A stretch of 64,000 nt of DNA from contig OZ004613.1 in assembly GCA_963924565.1 (NCBI GenBank), positions 10,788,001-10,852,000 on the forward strand. The letters run 5' to 3'. Below are positions 1-13,597 of this stretch, piece after piece (the stretch's first letter is position 1; each line of letters starts with the position of its first letter). The position numbers and the translations under genes were made by a program. The notes under the pieces were generated by a model that had not been told where the DNA came from, did no database searches, and worked only from the letters and a program-made list of their open reading frames with translations. The DNA comes from Ascidiella aspersa (Eukaryota).

Positions 1-829
1 CGGCAAAGATTTGTAGACCCGTGTATACACTTGGGTTTTGCTTGGTAAGGCGTGCGTCAGCAAGATACCGATTAGCTTACGGGGCTACTTGAAAGTTGCC
101 GCCAACAAAGTAAACAGCAGCGACCGTAAAAACAATTAAGAACCCAACATCCCCGGCCTTTTGGGCCCGAAACTGTTTGCCGATAATCACGTTCGAGTAA
201 ATAGTTTTTTGACCCGTAGAAAGCCCCCCTTGTTAAAATGTGACGCTAGCTGCATTTGGAGAATTTTAGTGCACCCTGGCTTTCTTCTGAATACGCTGAT
301 GAACCAGCCAGACATCTTTTGTGCATCAAACCACGAGATGTTTTGCAGAAAACTCACAACCTTCAAAATTTACTCGGACACAACTGAAACGAGAAACTTT
401 GGATTACTTTGTCTTGGACTTCACTTAAAAAAAACTTGTTGTTAACATGATGCCCCATTAAACTTTCTTTGCTACGTGGTTATGCAATTTTATTTTTACC
501 TAAAATATTTACGAAAGTCACATTTCGAACAACAGGGTTTGTGTCAAATGCCATTTAAAAGAAACAATCTAACTTAGTTGTAGATTGTATCAAATGCTTA
601 AATCTCGACTTGTATTTTATCATTGACGCGAACGATTTTTTGTTACAGTTGTCTATAGTTATTTCTTTTTTTAAACATATTCAAGTTTTATTTTTTTTAT
701 ATCAAATAACTTTATACTATACCCAGATTTTCGCGTTTCTGAATTCAACCTCGTACCTTCACTTAGTGATCCCAGATTCCCTGTATACCAAAACCTATGG
801 CAATATCCATGATGTTCTTTTCTGTGCAG

Positions 830-3800
830 AACGATGAGTCCATATCCCGTGGCGCTCTCCCTATCCGTCTCCTTCATGTCAGCTGTGCTTATATTGGGAA
901 CACCTGCTGAGGTCTACCGGTTCGGGGTAGCCTACGCTTGGTGAGAATTTTTCCTTGCAAATATCGCTCAAAACAGTGGTTCTTAAACTGGGTAAGGGGT
1001 ATGTTTGACATTTTTAGATGTATTTAATTACAAATTTTCAGGGCAATTAAGTGTATTGTAAGTTTTAACAGTTTTAACAGTAAGGCGTAATTATAGTCAA
1101 TTGAATTTTCCACAGGGGTGACACTATAAAAGGTCAAAAACCACTGGCTTGTAGAGCATCCAAATGTGAACAATGTCTACGTACTCACTTTCAGCCAGGG
1201 CTTAAGCGCCTTACTTTAAAGCAGTGTTTCTCACCTTTTATGGCTAGCGGCACCCCTCAGAATTAACAAATAGATTGCGGCACCCCTACAAGATTTTTGT
1301 AGGTAATTTAAAGTCACAATAATAAGCGTAACTGGAACAAAATACATTAACTCTACACAACATAGGAAGTTGCAATTGGATTTATTCCTCTCTAATCTTG
1401 ACAAAAAAGTTTTAAGAGTTGAGCAAAAATCAGACTCTTAAAGATTCTCAAATATCTCTCCGCACCCTTGAGCATTAGAAATGGCACCCTAGCGTGCCGC
1501 TGCACCCCGTTGAGAACCACTGCTTTAAAGGATGTTTTACTAAATGGCTAACCGTTTAAATAAACGGAAATACAAACAATTTTGTTATCAGGGCGCCATT
1601 ATTTTAAGAGATTACGTCAAAAATTGTGTCATATTACGTCAAAGATTACGTCAAAAATTATGTCATAGCGAGACGTCTGAAACAAGTACCCTCGGGAAAT
1701 ATAAGGTTGTCTTACGATGTTGTGCACAATAATGCAACTGGAATCTTCTTTTAAATACATCAAAAAAATATGTGGGATAGCCCGGTTGAATAGGGACATG
1801 ACCTTGGAAACAATATAACAATTTTTCCTGTACGGCGTATTTATAAATATTAATTTACCTGAACGCCGTTCCAGACCGTTTCAGCTGACTTTCACCACTT
1901 AGCCTAACCATGTGCTATACATACGGTATCAACGCAGTCTGAAGTCCGCATACACAAATCTAAGCTGGTTAATACTGTTAAAATTTGAACCGGTTTGCTT
2001 TGCAGGTATATTCTCGCATTTCTAACCGTCACCATCATAACTGCAGAAGTGTTCATTCCAACGTTTTACAACATGGGCTTGTCCAGCGTATACGAGGTGA
2101 GTCTTTATAATCCGAAAATTATTTTTTGTCATTTGGTAAGTTACTCCAACGCGGTGTTGTGCTTTAATTATAAATCGCAGTTATGTTTGACAAAAGGTTT
2201 TGTTATATTTGAATGCTAATTAACAGGGGCATGTCATACTGAAATCCCACCCTTATGAAGTATGGCCGACATGAGCGTAATTCAAGCGGTGACAATAAAA
2301 CCTATTTAAATTATTAAATTGCTAAAATACTCTTAAACGGCTCTATATTGCAAAAAACGTTTACCAATTTAGATGTCTGAAATAGGGCCTAAAAAACCTT
2401 ACTCTCAGTGTAGTTTTCACTTTTGCGGTGTCCCCGAAAATAGATGACATTCTCCAAAAATTAAAACTAATAATGCTCTGTTTTCACTGAACGTACAAAA
2501 CCATTTTAAATCCCAGAAAACGTCAACCATTTTTTGTCACACAGTATCTGGAATACCGCTTCAACCGAGCGGTTCGTTTAGCGGCAACCCTCATCTACAT
2601 GATTCAAACCATTCTTTACATCGGCATCGTCGTTTACGCCCCTGCTTTAGCTTTGAATCAAGGCAAGGTGTAACCATTTCTTTTCGTACTAAAGTGTTTT
2701 ACTGATTTTCTATTTTTGCTGCAGTGACCGGTTTGAACCTGTGGGGTTCAGTAATCGCAACGGGACTGATCTGCATCTTGTACAGCACTTTGGTAAGTAT
2801 TTGTCTCTTGAGAGCGGTCTAGCAATGACTTAGGTTAATGACTTGACTTAAGTGCACTTATATTTACTATTTTCAAATGGATTTACTTGACTTAATTTAT
2901 TTGGGTAAAATGACTTAACTTTACTTATTGTAATTCAGACATTAACACAAGACTGAGGTGTTTTAATTGAATGCTTTTCTGTAAAATTGTTTTTTTTATA
3001 CAATATTAAATGTAATGAGTGTTCACGTTCTATTTATTTCGGTTTTTGTGTTTGCTCTGCGAAATATTGATCAGAATGGAAGATGCTCAACATCTTAAAA
3101 GTTTTGTGTTATGTTTAAAGAAAATGATGCGACTTAAAATTGACTTGCGTAACTAATGAGTTGGACTGGGATTCTTGCTATTGAGTAAAATTGACTTGAC
3201 TGTGGCTTAAATTATTTTGCAAATAACTTAAATGAAGTGACTTGTTTAAAATACATTTTGAAAGTACTTGTTTAAAATACTGGTTGGAAGTAAGTTATTG
3301 GAACTTAGATGTAACTACGGATTTACAACATACAATGACGAGCTCATACTAGGGTTTGCCTGGACAAATTATGCCGCTTTTCATTAAGAAAAAGTGAATC
3401 GAAAATAACACTCAAACATCTCAAATTTTGTTTTTACGACAAGGTGCATAACAACCGCTATGTGTTGTTTCTTTCTGATCGTCAGAAACCTCTCCTCAAC
3501 TACTTCTTTTGTGACCACTCGCAATTTGTCACCTGAGCGAACTGAGCGCGCCGAGATGTTTATAGAGTAATATCTCCGAATTTTTACACACTCCTTTTAC
3601 TGGCTATACCTTTCCGGCAAACAAACTTTGTCCTAACTAGTCAAATCCTTGTCTAAATCGAGTTTAGAGTTACGCTTAAAAACTTGATTTCCTTTTACCG
3701 GCCGTTTGTTTCTATGACATCCTTCAACCGACATGGTAAAAAATTGTTTTCCGTTAAAGGGAGGACTTAAGGCTGTAGTTTGGACGGATGCGATTCAGTG

Positions 3801-6800
3801 CATCTTCATGGTGATGGGCTTCCTCTCGATTTTAATCAAAGGATGCAGTCTCCTTGGAGGATTCGGAAACGTTTGGCAAAAGAGCGCCGAAGGAGGAAGA
3901 CTCGCTTTTTGGATGTAAGGAGAAAAGTAGCAGTTTAAGCGTGTCATTGACTCTTATTTAAAGGCTGTAGAAAACTGATTAGAATTTTGGGTTGAGCAGA
4001 AGTTTAGAATGAGCAGGTTTAAAAGAATGATCCACTTGTAGCGTTTTTTTATCATTTAATTTCATGATTTTGCTCTCAACAAAAGATAAAGGTAATATTA
4101 CGGGCCCATAGAAATAAGAAGCCATTTTATAAAGGCTATACTTAATCAAGCTGTGTATATGTATTAAGAGCCAGTGAAAGATTCAATAGCAGGTCAAATT
4201 GTAGAAAGGGTTAATGCCCTGTTAAATATGGCGTTTATAAAATGGCTTCTTATTTCTATGGGCCCGTAATGTAACTTTTATCTTCTGTTGAAAGCAAAAT
4301 CGTAATGTTTGTGTATGAGTTATTGTATTCCTAACTTATTATTAATCATCACTCCAGTTGAACCAAAGTAAACAATTTCACTTGTCAAAAAATACGCCAG
4401 GAATTATAAAAAAATGGAGAAAGTCAACTGCAGTTGACATTACCTAAAAGGTAAAATATATTGCAGCCCGTTGTGAGTAAAACCGTTCCGTTTTCAATCT
4501 TTGAAGATTCGAAACCGACCCTAGGATTCGACATTCTTTTTGGACAATCAACGTTGGGGCAGTGTTCATTTCCCTCTACCTTTGGGCTGTCAATCAAGCC
4601 CAGGTGCAAAGATACCTTTCGTGTAGAACATTGAGGGACGCCAAACTGTAAGTAAATTAACCTTATATTGAATCCGTGTTTGGTTTAGTATGTTATACCA
4701 ATGCCAACATTGCTTTTTTATGAACTAATTTAAAGAGATCTAAACTCTTTGCTGAAGGGCTAGATCGCAGTTGTTATGTACACTTATGTGTATAACATTT
4801 TAGTGACTTGGTACAGTTCTATAGATTCTTGTCAATATAAAGTTCAGTGTATTAAAAAACTTACAAAAAATGGTGTCATGGTTGCTTATTAACTTGCTCC
4901 TCTCTGTGCCTGTGGAGCTAATTTTGTAAAGCAACTGTCCCGCTAGTGCCGAGGGTAAAAGTTCGAGACTCTCCGCAGGCTATAGTTCTCTCCCATGAAA
5001 ATCCTTAGTTAATCAAATGATTCACTTCGCCCCTTAAAGCTTCTGTAACATGAAGAAATTCACTCATTTTTGAAGAAATTCACTAATATCTGTTTTTAAT
5101 AATTTTTTTCGACAGGTCCATATACTTGAATTGGGTTGGTCTGCTTATCCTTAATGGGCTTGCAGTTCTGTGCGGACTAACCATGTACGCCTACTACACA
5201 GGGTGCGACCCGGTATCGATAAAACTGGTCAAGAACTACGATCAAGTAAGTTTACTTTGCAGTAATCCCCGGTCTTTTGTACCAGTGTTTTTCGAAACTA
5301 CAAAAAAGCAGGGACGTGTTTGTTCGCATAGCTCTATGTCTATAGTATTTTCCGTTATTCAAGCCAATGTGTTTGTTGTGCAGTGAAATTCTTGTCATAT
5401 CAGTATAGTTGACCTGATATTTATTCTTTTAGCTAATAGCCTACATGACGCTGGACATCTTTAGAAACAACCCAGGAGTCCCTGGTCTATTCCTATCAAG
5501 CGTCTATTCAGGAAGCCTAAGGTGCAAATTATACAGAAATTTTAGAAATATAAATGTGTGTCTGAGGTATTTCATAGCTGTCGATACCAGATGCAAACTG
5601 GTGGTATCGGGTCTGGTGCGATACAAAATTAATTTAGGCATATTATCCATGCCTTGTGATCTAACTGAGCGTTTTCCCTTAACAGGGTAATTTTTTTAAT
5701 ATTTTTATTTGATTTAATCTGCGTTTATTTATTTACAGAAATGACATTATTTGTATCGGAATCGGAAATCCTTATTTGCAACAATATCGGGCTATCAAAA
5801 TAAAATACGAGTTTCGGAATGTCATAAATAGATAACTAGCAATCTACTGGAAAACAAAGCTTCAATCGTCATCAGATTTGGCCTAAGGGCTAAGGCGAAA
5901 AGGCACTATATGTTGAAATGATCTCTTCGGGAGTATGTCTGCGCAAAACAAACGCAGCTATATGAGTAGAACACGCACCATTAACTATAGGACTCAAACG
6001 GGTACGGGTAAATGCGGCACAAACTACAATAAGAACGAAAAACCCCAAGTAACCGTTAGGAACTACAATGATGTTGCAATGTGGTTTTGGGTCAGCGCAG
6101 ACAAAGTTATCTGTTTTTCTTGCATGTTACGAGTGTTTTTTTGGTAAATATACTCTCAGTCGATCACGCTTATCACCTTGCTGCCGGAACTACAAAGCAC
6201 ACGTTTAATTTGAATTTTGAAAAAAAAATGCAAAAAATTTGACGTCAGTTCGACCATGAAATTAAGAAACCTTTTTTATTCTGTCAAGTGATTTTTTCCT
6301 GGAATCTGTCAGTCCTCAATCACGATTTAATCCTGGCCGCCATTAGGCCGACATAAAAGACAATGCTCTGCGTTGTTTTCCATTTTCCCCGACCGTTTTG
6401 AACGAGCTTACCGACATTTTGCCAGGAAATTAAAAGTGACGTCATTTGAATTTTGCGCAGTTCTGTGTCGACGGGAATCACTGCCCTTTCAAGCGTGACC
6501 GTCCAGGATTTCCTGCGACCCTGTTTCGATTGGGACGAAGAAAAGTACTTCTGGCTTTCAAGGGGTAATGCTGCAAACTTTCTGCATTTGATTCTTGTTT
6601 AAACAAGATATTCAGGTGGCACTGTACAGGGCATTTCTACTTTGACCTGATGAAACAAGGTTGTGCGAAAGCTTGTAGAGAATTCAATACAATTTATCTT
6701 TACAAAGTGCCACCTGATTGATTACCCTGTTTAGAATTAGATAAATACGGCCATTTACAAAGATTTTTTTTTCAACAATTTTCTGTTCACCTGGCGTGTT

Positions 6801-9800
6801 TTTGTAACTGTGGGTTTAGTTATTCCAAACGATTAATAATTTTTTATGGCGTAATTCTTATACTAAATTGCATGGCGTGGTAAATTTGACCGTACGCTAG
6901 CCAAATTGTACTACCAGATTTGCAATTGTTTAGCTCTCTGATTGAGGTTAAATGCAAATTATAACGCTATATTTGCGTTTTGGTCAACCATTCATTGTAG
7001 GTTTTTTTATTGTTCAATTTTTGGGTAAAACTAAACGGGTTCTTCTTGCAGGTAAGAATTCTATAAAAAAAATTTAACAGTGTTCACGGCTATTTAGCAG
7101 CATGAAATAAGGCGTCACAAGTTTACGTCAGAGCGTGCCGTCATAAAAAAGTAAACTTAATAACACCATACAATTTTACAATACAAAGATGTTACCGATC
7201 CGCACAAGCACAAATCAATCCCTTTTCTTGAAAACTTAGGCGAAAATTTTTATTTTGGAGAGAATCACATGGTTATTTTATATAGTGACACAGAAAAAGG
7301 GCATTAAGTAAACAATTTTATCTAAATCTGCGTTTTCTTTATTCAAAATACAGAAATAATTCGCGTACAGTACAGAAAATTTCTACATACCGTTTAGATA
7401 AACTAACATTTTAGGATATATGGTACGTAGAATGCCAGTCTTTAAGGTTAAAAATGTTTTTTTAAGGCTAAGACATATCACAAGAAAGTTAATGTATTGC
7501 AAAAAATTGCGCAGTAGATAAAACTGTTCGAAAAACAGTTTTAGGGAGGCCATTACTTCGTGCCCCTATAGGCCTAGATCCGGCCCTGATGGCGATACAC
7601 GATGTTTCTTGCCAAATGTATAGCGATTCGACCAGTAAACCCGATACCTTTCACAAGCTTCAACAATAGAAATCACTAGATCTAAGACGTTTAACGAAAT
7701 GCCAGACATCCATTAAAACAGGTGTGTCCAACATAATAAAAAATGGCGCGCAAGCCCCCCAAAATACCTAATTTGTTATTCAGTGAATTGACAACAATTT
7801 GCCAAATCTGTTATACAGCCAATTGCCATCGTTTCACAATATTAAACAACTGCTACAATAACGACGACTAAAAATTACTTCTGATATCATAACATTATAC
7901 TGTAGTGGAGGCTAGCACTCCCTTAATTTTAGCCTATACAAGCTTTTGGTCAAATATGAATGGTTTGCTTTATTAAATAGAGAAATGTTTTTTCATGTAC
8001 AAAAAAATATTTTTATTACTTGTAAAAATGCGCTTTCAAAATTCGAAATTAGTTACTAAACTTTGGCGCGGGAAGAAGTTATAAGATAAAAGTGGGCACG
8101 CCGGTATGTTTGAGTTAGCCACCCCTGCATTAAAAGATCAGTTTGTATAGAACCAATTTGGAATGAGCGAAAGTGTTTGAGTTCGTTGTTTACCGAAAAA
8201 CCAAAGAAAAGTGCCTGCTAAGTCTTGCGGTTTGCGTGGGTTGAGCGAAAATCTGACGAAAGATCGTATCGTCACGTAATCTGTCCCGTTGTCGGTTGAG
8301 TGCCGTTACTAATCGTCCCTATAGTCCTATCGACTCCTGTGTGTCAAACGATTATGCGTGACTTGCTTTTTTGTGGCGACCTATAGCCACAGGAAGCATC
8401 GCCTGACAACTTTATTGGCCATGACCGTGACCGTATCTCTTTCCAGTGTTGTTTTAGGCAAAAGTTAAATACTGAATGCACTGCATAAACTCACTTACTA
8501 TTCTACGGTATTGTAATTAAAGTATCGTGTGCACGAGGTTCTCGAAAGATTTTGGCTGGACAACTAAATTTTATTTAAGGACAAAACAAAACTCTTAGGA
8601 TTTACATAAACAACCTTTATCGGCATTTGTTTGTAAATGTGAAATGCGGTTTCGAGTTGCAAAACTTTTTTGTTTTGATAGCTTGCTTTAGTATCTGTTT
8701 AATATGTTTAAGACATATACATTATTTCCTATAAAATGTTGTGTGACATAGTTTACTACTTTTTTGCTTGTTGTTTTTTTTAAGTGTTCAACGACATTTC
8801 GACACAAAGATGATGTAGCTTTAATTCCACTCGCTTATTAGAATTGTTCCATTGTCTCAACAAAACTTCTCTCCCAGCATAAATAACGTTTAATTCCAGG
8901 CTTGGTAGTGGTTTACGGTTTGCTGAGCATTTTATTTGCCTACCTCACTTCAAAGCTGGGGGCTATTCTTCAGGCAGCCATAAGCCTTATGGGGATCGTT
9001 GGTGGACCCATTGTGGGTCTTTTCACCCTTGGAATGATTTTTCCATGCGCCAATTCGGCCGTAAGTAGAATGATTGTACCTTATTTTATTCTGTTATGCT
9101 GTATATAACCTCAAAAGTAGATACCGATTATTGCTGATAACTTGTTGAAGCAGCTTTTATAAAAGATTATATACGTTTTTAATTGTGTTTGTCAATCTTG
9201 CAACAAAACTAAGCTTACACGTTACTTACACTTTATACAATAAAAAATGGAATGTTCGATTGCGTGAGACAAGTTATTGTGATAAACCTTAAAAAACACT
9301 ATATGACCAACAAAATTAAAACGTGAAGTCCCAAAAGGCTTCACAGAAAGACTAAATAAAAATATATAGAATGGAACTTCGTTTTCCAGCATTTTGTCTG
9401 TTTAGAGAACTTAAAACTCTCGTTAATTCCCAACATTAACATAAACAATACGATACCATGTTACTAGCAAAAAATATAGTGTAAAAAACATTAAAATTTT
9501 GCATACCTCCTCCAGGGCGCCCTTAGCGGCCTTCTAGTCGGTGTAGCTTCGTCCACGTGGATCTTTGTCGGTTCCAAAATCTACCCACCGCCGCCTCATT
9601 TCGCCCGACAGCTGTCCTACAGCACCGCCGCCTGCACCAATCTCACCAGCGTCGCGCCCATGACGACAGTGACGTCACCCTTCGAGGACGTGACGTCATC
9701 TCTGGTGACGTCGCCGCAGGAGGCACCGCCCGCCATCGCCCAGCTGTACGCGATGTCGTATGTTTACTACAGCGCGTTTGGCTTTCTTTTCACGATGGTG

Positions 9801-11093
9801 GTGGGGCTGACTGTCAGCTTTGCTACAGGTACAATGTTGAACCGCCAGTGAATAATATCGGAGTACTAAACATTAAACAGCAATTTACTATTTTTCTGCT
9901 GGGAACGTTTTATGCTAAAAATAAAATAAACAGAAATATTCCATTTTTGTAAACGTTCAAACAGCATTCTTAAACTTAAAAAAAATTGAAGCTTATCATT
10001 TAGAAAACATTTAACTATGTCTGCCATGTAAGAACAAATGAAGTGACATCACGCCAACGTTATATTTCAAAGCAAACCTATAGATTTATGACTAATAGTC
10101 AATATAGTTTTACCTCTATCCTTCATCGTACTTGCTAGTTGCTTGTAAAATTTTGTTTAAATCATAAAATAATTAATGAAACCACGCGTTAAAACGGTCA
10201 ACTTAAACACGCACATTTAGGTGGCTACAAAGGCCGCAAAAACGTGGATCCCCACTTGCTCTATCGCATTTGCGATCACCCGATTTTCCGCTGCTTGCCT
10301 CAAAAGGCGAAAGACTTTTGCAGATGCGGGGCTGAAGAAGCAAAAAATGTGGAAGAAGCCTCGGATTTCAACAACCCGCACAAAGAACACGCCGATCCTC
10401 TGGTAAGCAAGCGACATATGAACACAGTTTTTTATTAGTAGATTGAGTTTACGTCTTACTAAAACCTTCAGCACAGCAATTATACTCCAAAACTGAGTTT
10501 GCAGCAACGACGTACGACTGCAATTTGGCAGACATAAAAAAATGTCGACGCATTATTATTTTCAGGGCTGGATTGAAAAGCAAATTAAGCAAGTGTTTAT
10601 AGGGCACCAAGGGAGGGGGGCACCACAGAAATCTTCGTAGTCAAATTTTCAATTGTGCCTCAGTGTTTAATGAAATAATTCGAGTTGGTCAGACTACTCA
10701 GGCCTAAACAGTGGCCCGGTTAAATGAATTTTTATCACCTTAAACCTCTCTATATTTTCGATTGATTATATCTTATGTGGTTTATTATGTTTATATTTTG
10801 AATGACATACATAAGGCATCGAAGTCTTGGGGCCCCTAAAAAGCAAGATTCGACCTTTAAGATAGTCGTAATGACCCTTATCAGTTTTTCATTTAATGAA
10901 CAACAAATCCTAATGTGTAAATCCCTAAAGTAAACCTTTTTCCAGAAGCGAAATGTTTATTATTATTTGTTAAAGAAAAATGTATTCCTCGTCATTCAAA
11001 ATAAGGAGTTGATAATAATTTCATGTATATTTTGTGCAGATAAAAAACGGCGCCACTCGAACGAACCTTTCTGAAAAGTCCGAGATGTTGTGA
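830..11093 (+). CDS. Sodium-coupled monocarboxylate/multivitamin transporter (SLC5A8/SLC5A12/SLC5A6/SLC5A5 subfamily), 5'-partial, spliced
   Basis: Phase-consistent exons: 830-940 ([31 protein letters not shown]), 2006-2096 ([13 protein letters not shown]), 2545-2662 ([16 protein letters not shown]), 2725-2792, 3760-3914 ([10 protein letters not shown]), 4507-4647 ([20 protein letters not shown]), 5116-5245 (YAYYTGCDP), 5433-5521 ([17 protein letters not shown]), 6461-6564, 8900-9060 ([12 protein letters not shown]), 9516-9828, 10221-10402. Probable last exon 11040-11093 ([17 protein letters not shown]). These are hallmark SSS/SLC5 motifs; the start lies upstream of the window. Confidence 0.95.
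1222..1522. mobile_element. hAT-type MITE
   Basis: TIRs cagtgtttctc / gagaaccactg with a perfect 8-bp TSD CTTTAAAG (1214-1221, 1523-1530). Confidence 0.85.
4064..4303. repeat. Fold-back (long inverted repeat) element in an SLC5 intron
   Basis: attacgggcccatagaaataagaagccattttataaa (about 4097-4133) has an exact reverse complement at about 4234-4270; the outer arms also pair imperfectly. Confidence 0.85.
6598..6734 (+). mobile_element. Short PLE pseudo-LTR-like fragment with inverted ends and a degenerate hammerhead core
   Basis: CTGATGA (6647-6653)..acaaggttgt..cGAAAGCTT (6666-6674), followed by caatttatctttacaaagtgccacctg. The ends are inverted repeats (caggtggcact 6613-6623 / agtgccacctg 6706-6716). 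A related copy lies on the - strand at about 20686-20755. Confidence 0.55.
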
Positions 11094-11317
11094 AGGTGTT
11101 GTCTTTAATTTTATCAAACTTATCTTTGTTAAATGTGTGTATAAAATGCGACTGCGAACTAAATATCCAACAGTTTTGCCACAATTTTACGTTCTTCCCC
11201 TTCGTATTTTATATTTTATTTGTCTTGACGAAGCACATAGGCGAAATGTATCACGTTTGCATTTGTGAAACCATCAATGGTCCACTTGACCAGAGGAGTC
11301 CAACTATACATTTTAGC

Positions 11318-11753
11318 CAGTGGTGGGATTCAATTTTTTGTCAGCCAGTTCTATCACAAAAGTCATATTTTTCAGCCGGTTCTGTTACAAAAAGTCATAT
11401 TTTTCGGCAAATAATTAAAAGTAGTTGCAATAACAGGATGCAACCCCAGGTTCCAGCAAAAGGTTGGAACCGACTGAATCCCATCACTGCTAACAGCGAC
11501 ACTAAAAAGCAGTCTTCTCATGATTAGAACTTATGACGCAAAAAAGTAAAACTGTTACAATTAAAAAAATTAACGCTATGTTAACTTGACCATTGCACAG
11601 TTTCAAAAACAGCACGTGAACTACTTGGAGCTTCAAAATCGGTGTATAAGATAAGATGCAAAAATCCATTGACAATAACCAGTAATGCTAACAGGTTCGC
11701 CGATCTCATAAAGTTCTATAGAACCAGTGCGAACCGGCTGAATCTCACCACTG
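11318..11753. mobile_element. hAT-type MITE
   Basis: TIRs cagtggtgggattca / tgaatctcaccactg; TSD ATTTTAGC/ATTTTATC (7/8); an extra internal copy of the right end at about 11475-11489. Confidence 0.75.
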
Positions 11754-11989
11754 ATTTTATCATTTCATGACTTACAAATAGATATTTCTTGTTCATTTCT
11801 ACAATTCCGTTTCTTTATGTTTTGCCATTTTCTGAGTTTCTTTGGTTGCAACTAAATCTTTTTATGCCACCCTTCACCACAAATACTGGTTCCGGGGCTT
11901 TCTCCATAAAATCTACCTGTTTTTTCCAATGATGCGCTAAACCAGAGCCCCGCAACCGGTATGCCGAGGCACAGTGGTGCGCCTTGCGA

Positions 11990-12292
11990 CCAGGGCTATG
12001 AAGTCGGAGTCGCATTCGGTTTGTTTCGCTGGAATCGGACACAGGACTCGGGACTCGAGTAAGACTACGTAAAACTTACCGAGTCCCGATTCCGACGTAC
12101 CAAATTTTCAAATATGATATGGTAAATTGTAAATGCGGATGAGCATATATGCCGGATATTACCCCTATATGAACGGATTGCGGAATATCCACCGTATTTA
12201 GGTAAATTGGCGGAATACAGGCGAGTTAGTCAGAGCCGGGGTCGGGACTCGACGAAATCACACGTTTGACCAGAGTCGGACTCGGGACTCTT
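11990..12292. repeat. cagggct..gagtcgg/gactcgg MITE family member (relatives at about 19222-19540, 47605-47755)
   Basis: ccagggctatgaagtcggagtcg start and repeated gagtcgg/gggactcg motifs shared between the copies. Confidence 0.6.
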
Positions 12293-13102
12293 AAGCAGGA
12301 TAAGGTATTTTGGGAGGAATGTAATACAGCAAAATTAAAAGACAAATACATGTAATACGACAATTTTTTTGCGCCTTGTGTCGTCTTCTCTTCAATTGTC
12401 TAAGAGAGGGGCCCACACTGATGTCCGTGCTATATTCCTATATAGAAAACCTTATACTCAGGCGATATTGTATTTATTTTTTTATCTTGTCAGTCATATA
12501 ATACCACTAGGCCTGTATAATTCAGTCTTAATAATGCCTTTACGCTTAAAAAAGTGTTTTAATGGTGTGCTTCCTTTTATTTTACCCATAGACTACACGG
12601 TATTTCTACCTGTGCTATACTTTGCATATTTACCTATATGTGGTTATTCTCTACCTGTATATTATACTGCATATCTATTCTACCTATACATGGTATTTCT
12701 ACTTACATATTACCCCTTGTATTTCTATGTTAAAAATCGTTTAAAGAAAAAATAAAAAAATCTACAACCACGTATATAATACACACTTTTTTTTATTTTA
12801 AACGAGAAATGCTTCTAAAAGGTTTCTTGAAAAACGTCAATAACTTTGCATCACAAGAATTTTTCGTTTCAGACAAAACATGATTGTCGGTCACAATAAT
12901 TGCGACAATTCGTTTGCATGGTTACTTCGTAAAAAAGCGAATCGCAACAACAGATAGTTTATGCATAAACAAGTGAGTTTTTTGCGGGAGTCGTCATAAC
13001 GATAAATTCAACATCCAGGTTTGTTAAAAACGTATAGTTAAGAAATCGAAAACAAATTTCCTTTGCAAGGTTTCAAACACCAATTTAAACCATTGTTTAA
13101 AT

Positions 13103-13388
13103 CAGTGATTCCCAAACTGTGTGCCGCGAGAGATTGTCAAGTGTGCCGCGATACTGTTTGAAATTTGGAAATGAGAGTTATTTGCATTATCAAGGCATAC
13201 ACGCAAGCATTTTAAACTTCAATACGCACCACCCATTACAAATTAATCATATTGAGACATTTACAAATAATTCGTCGTGTGTTAAGGGAGATTGTAAAAT
13301 TACTCTATTGTTGTTCTGTTAAATGGGTGCCGCGAAATAGTTAAGATTTTTTAGTGTGCCGCGAGCCAAAAATGTTTGGGAACCACTG
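13103..13388. mobile_element. hAT-type MITE
   Basis: TIRs cagtgattcccaaac / gtttgggaaccactg, subterminal tgccgcga repeats, perfect TSD GTTTAAAT. Confidence 0.88.
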
Positions 13389-13597
13389 GTTTAAATCGTT
13401 ATCAGTGTCCTAACACGTTCGCATTTAGACAATTATTTTCAATACTCCTGGGAAATTTCCGGCGGCACCCATGGATGCAGATAAATAGGTCGTTAGAGTT
13501 GCGATTTAATGAAGCCGCCGAATTTTTCTTTACATACCGTTTAAAAAAACGGCCCAACTAAATAAGATCGAAATTGCTCTTTCAGTATGCAAATTTT

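Noticed and set aside
12369-12755. 128-aa hydrophobic Tyr/Leu-rich ORF
   Set aside because: Derived from degenerate AT-rich repeats (ttctacctgtat-like); no splice or family support.
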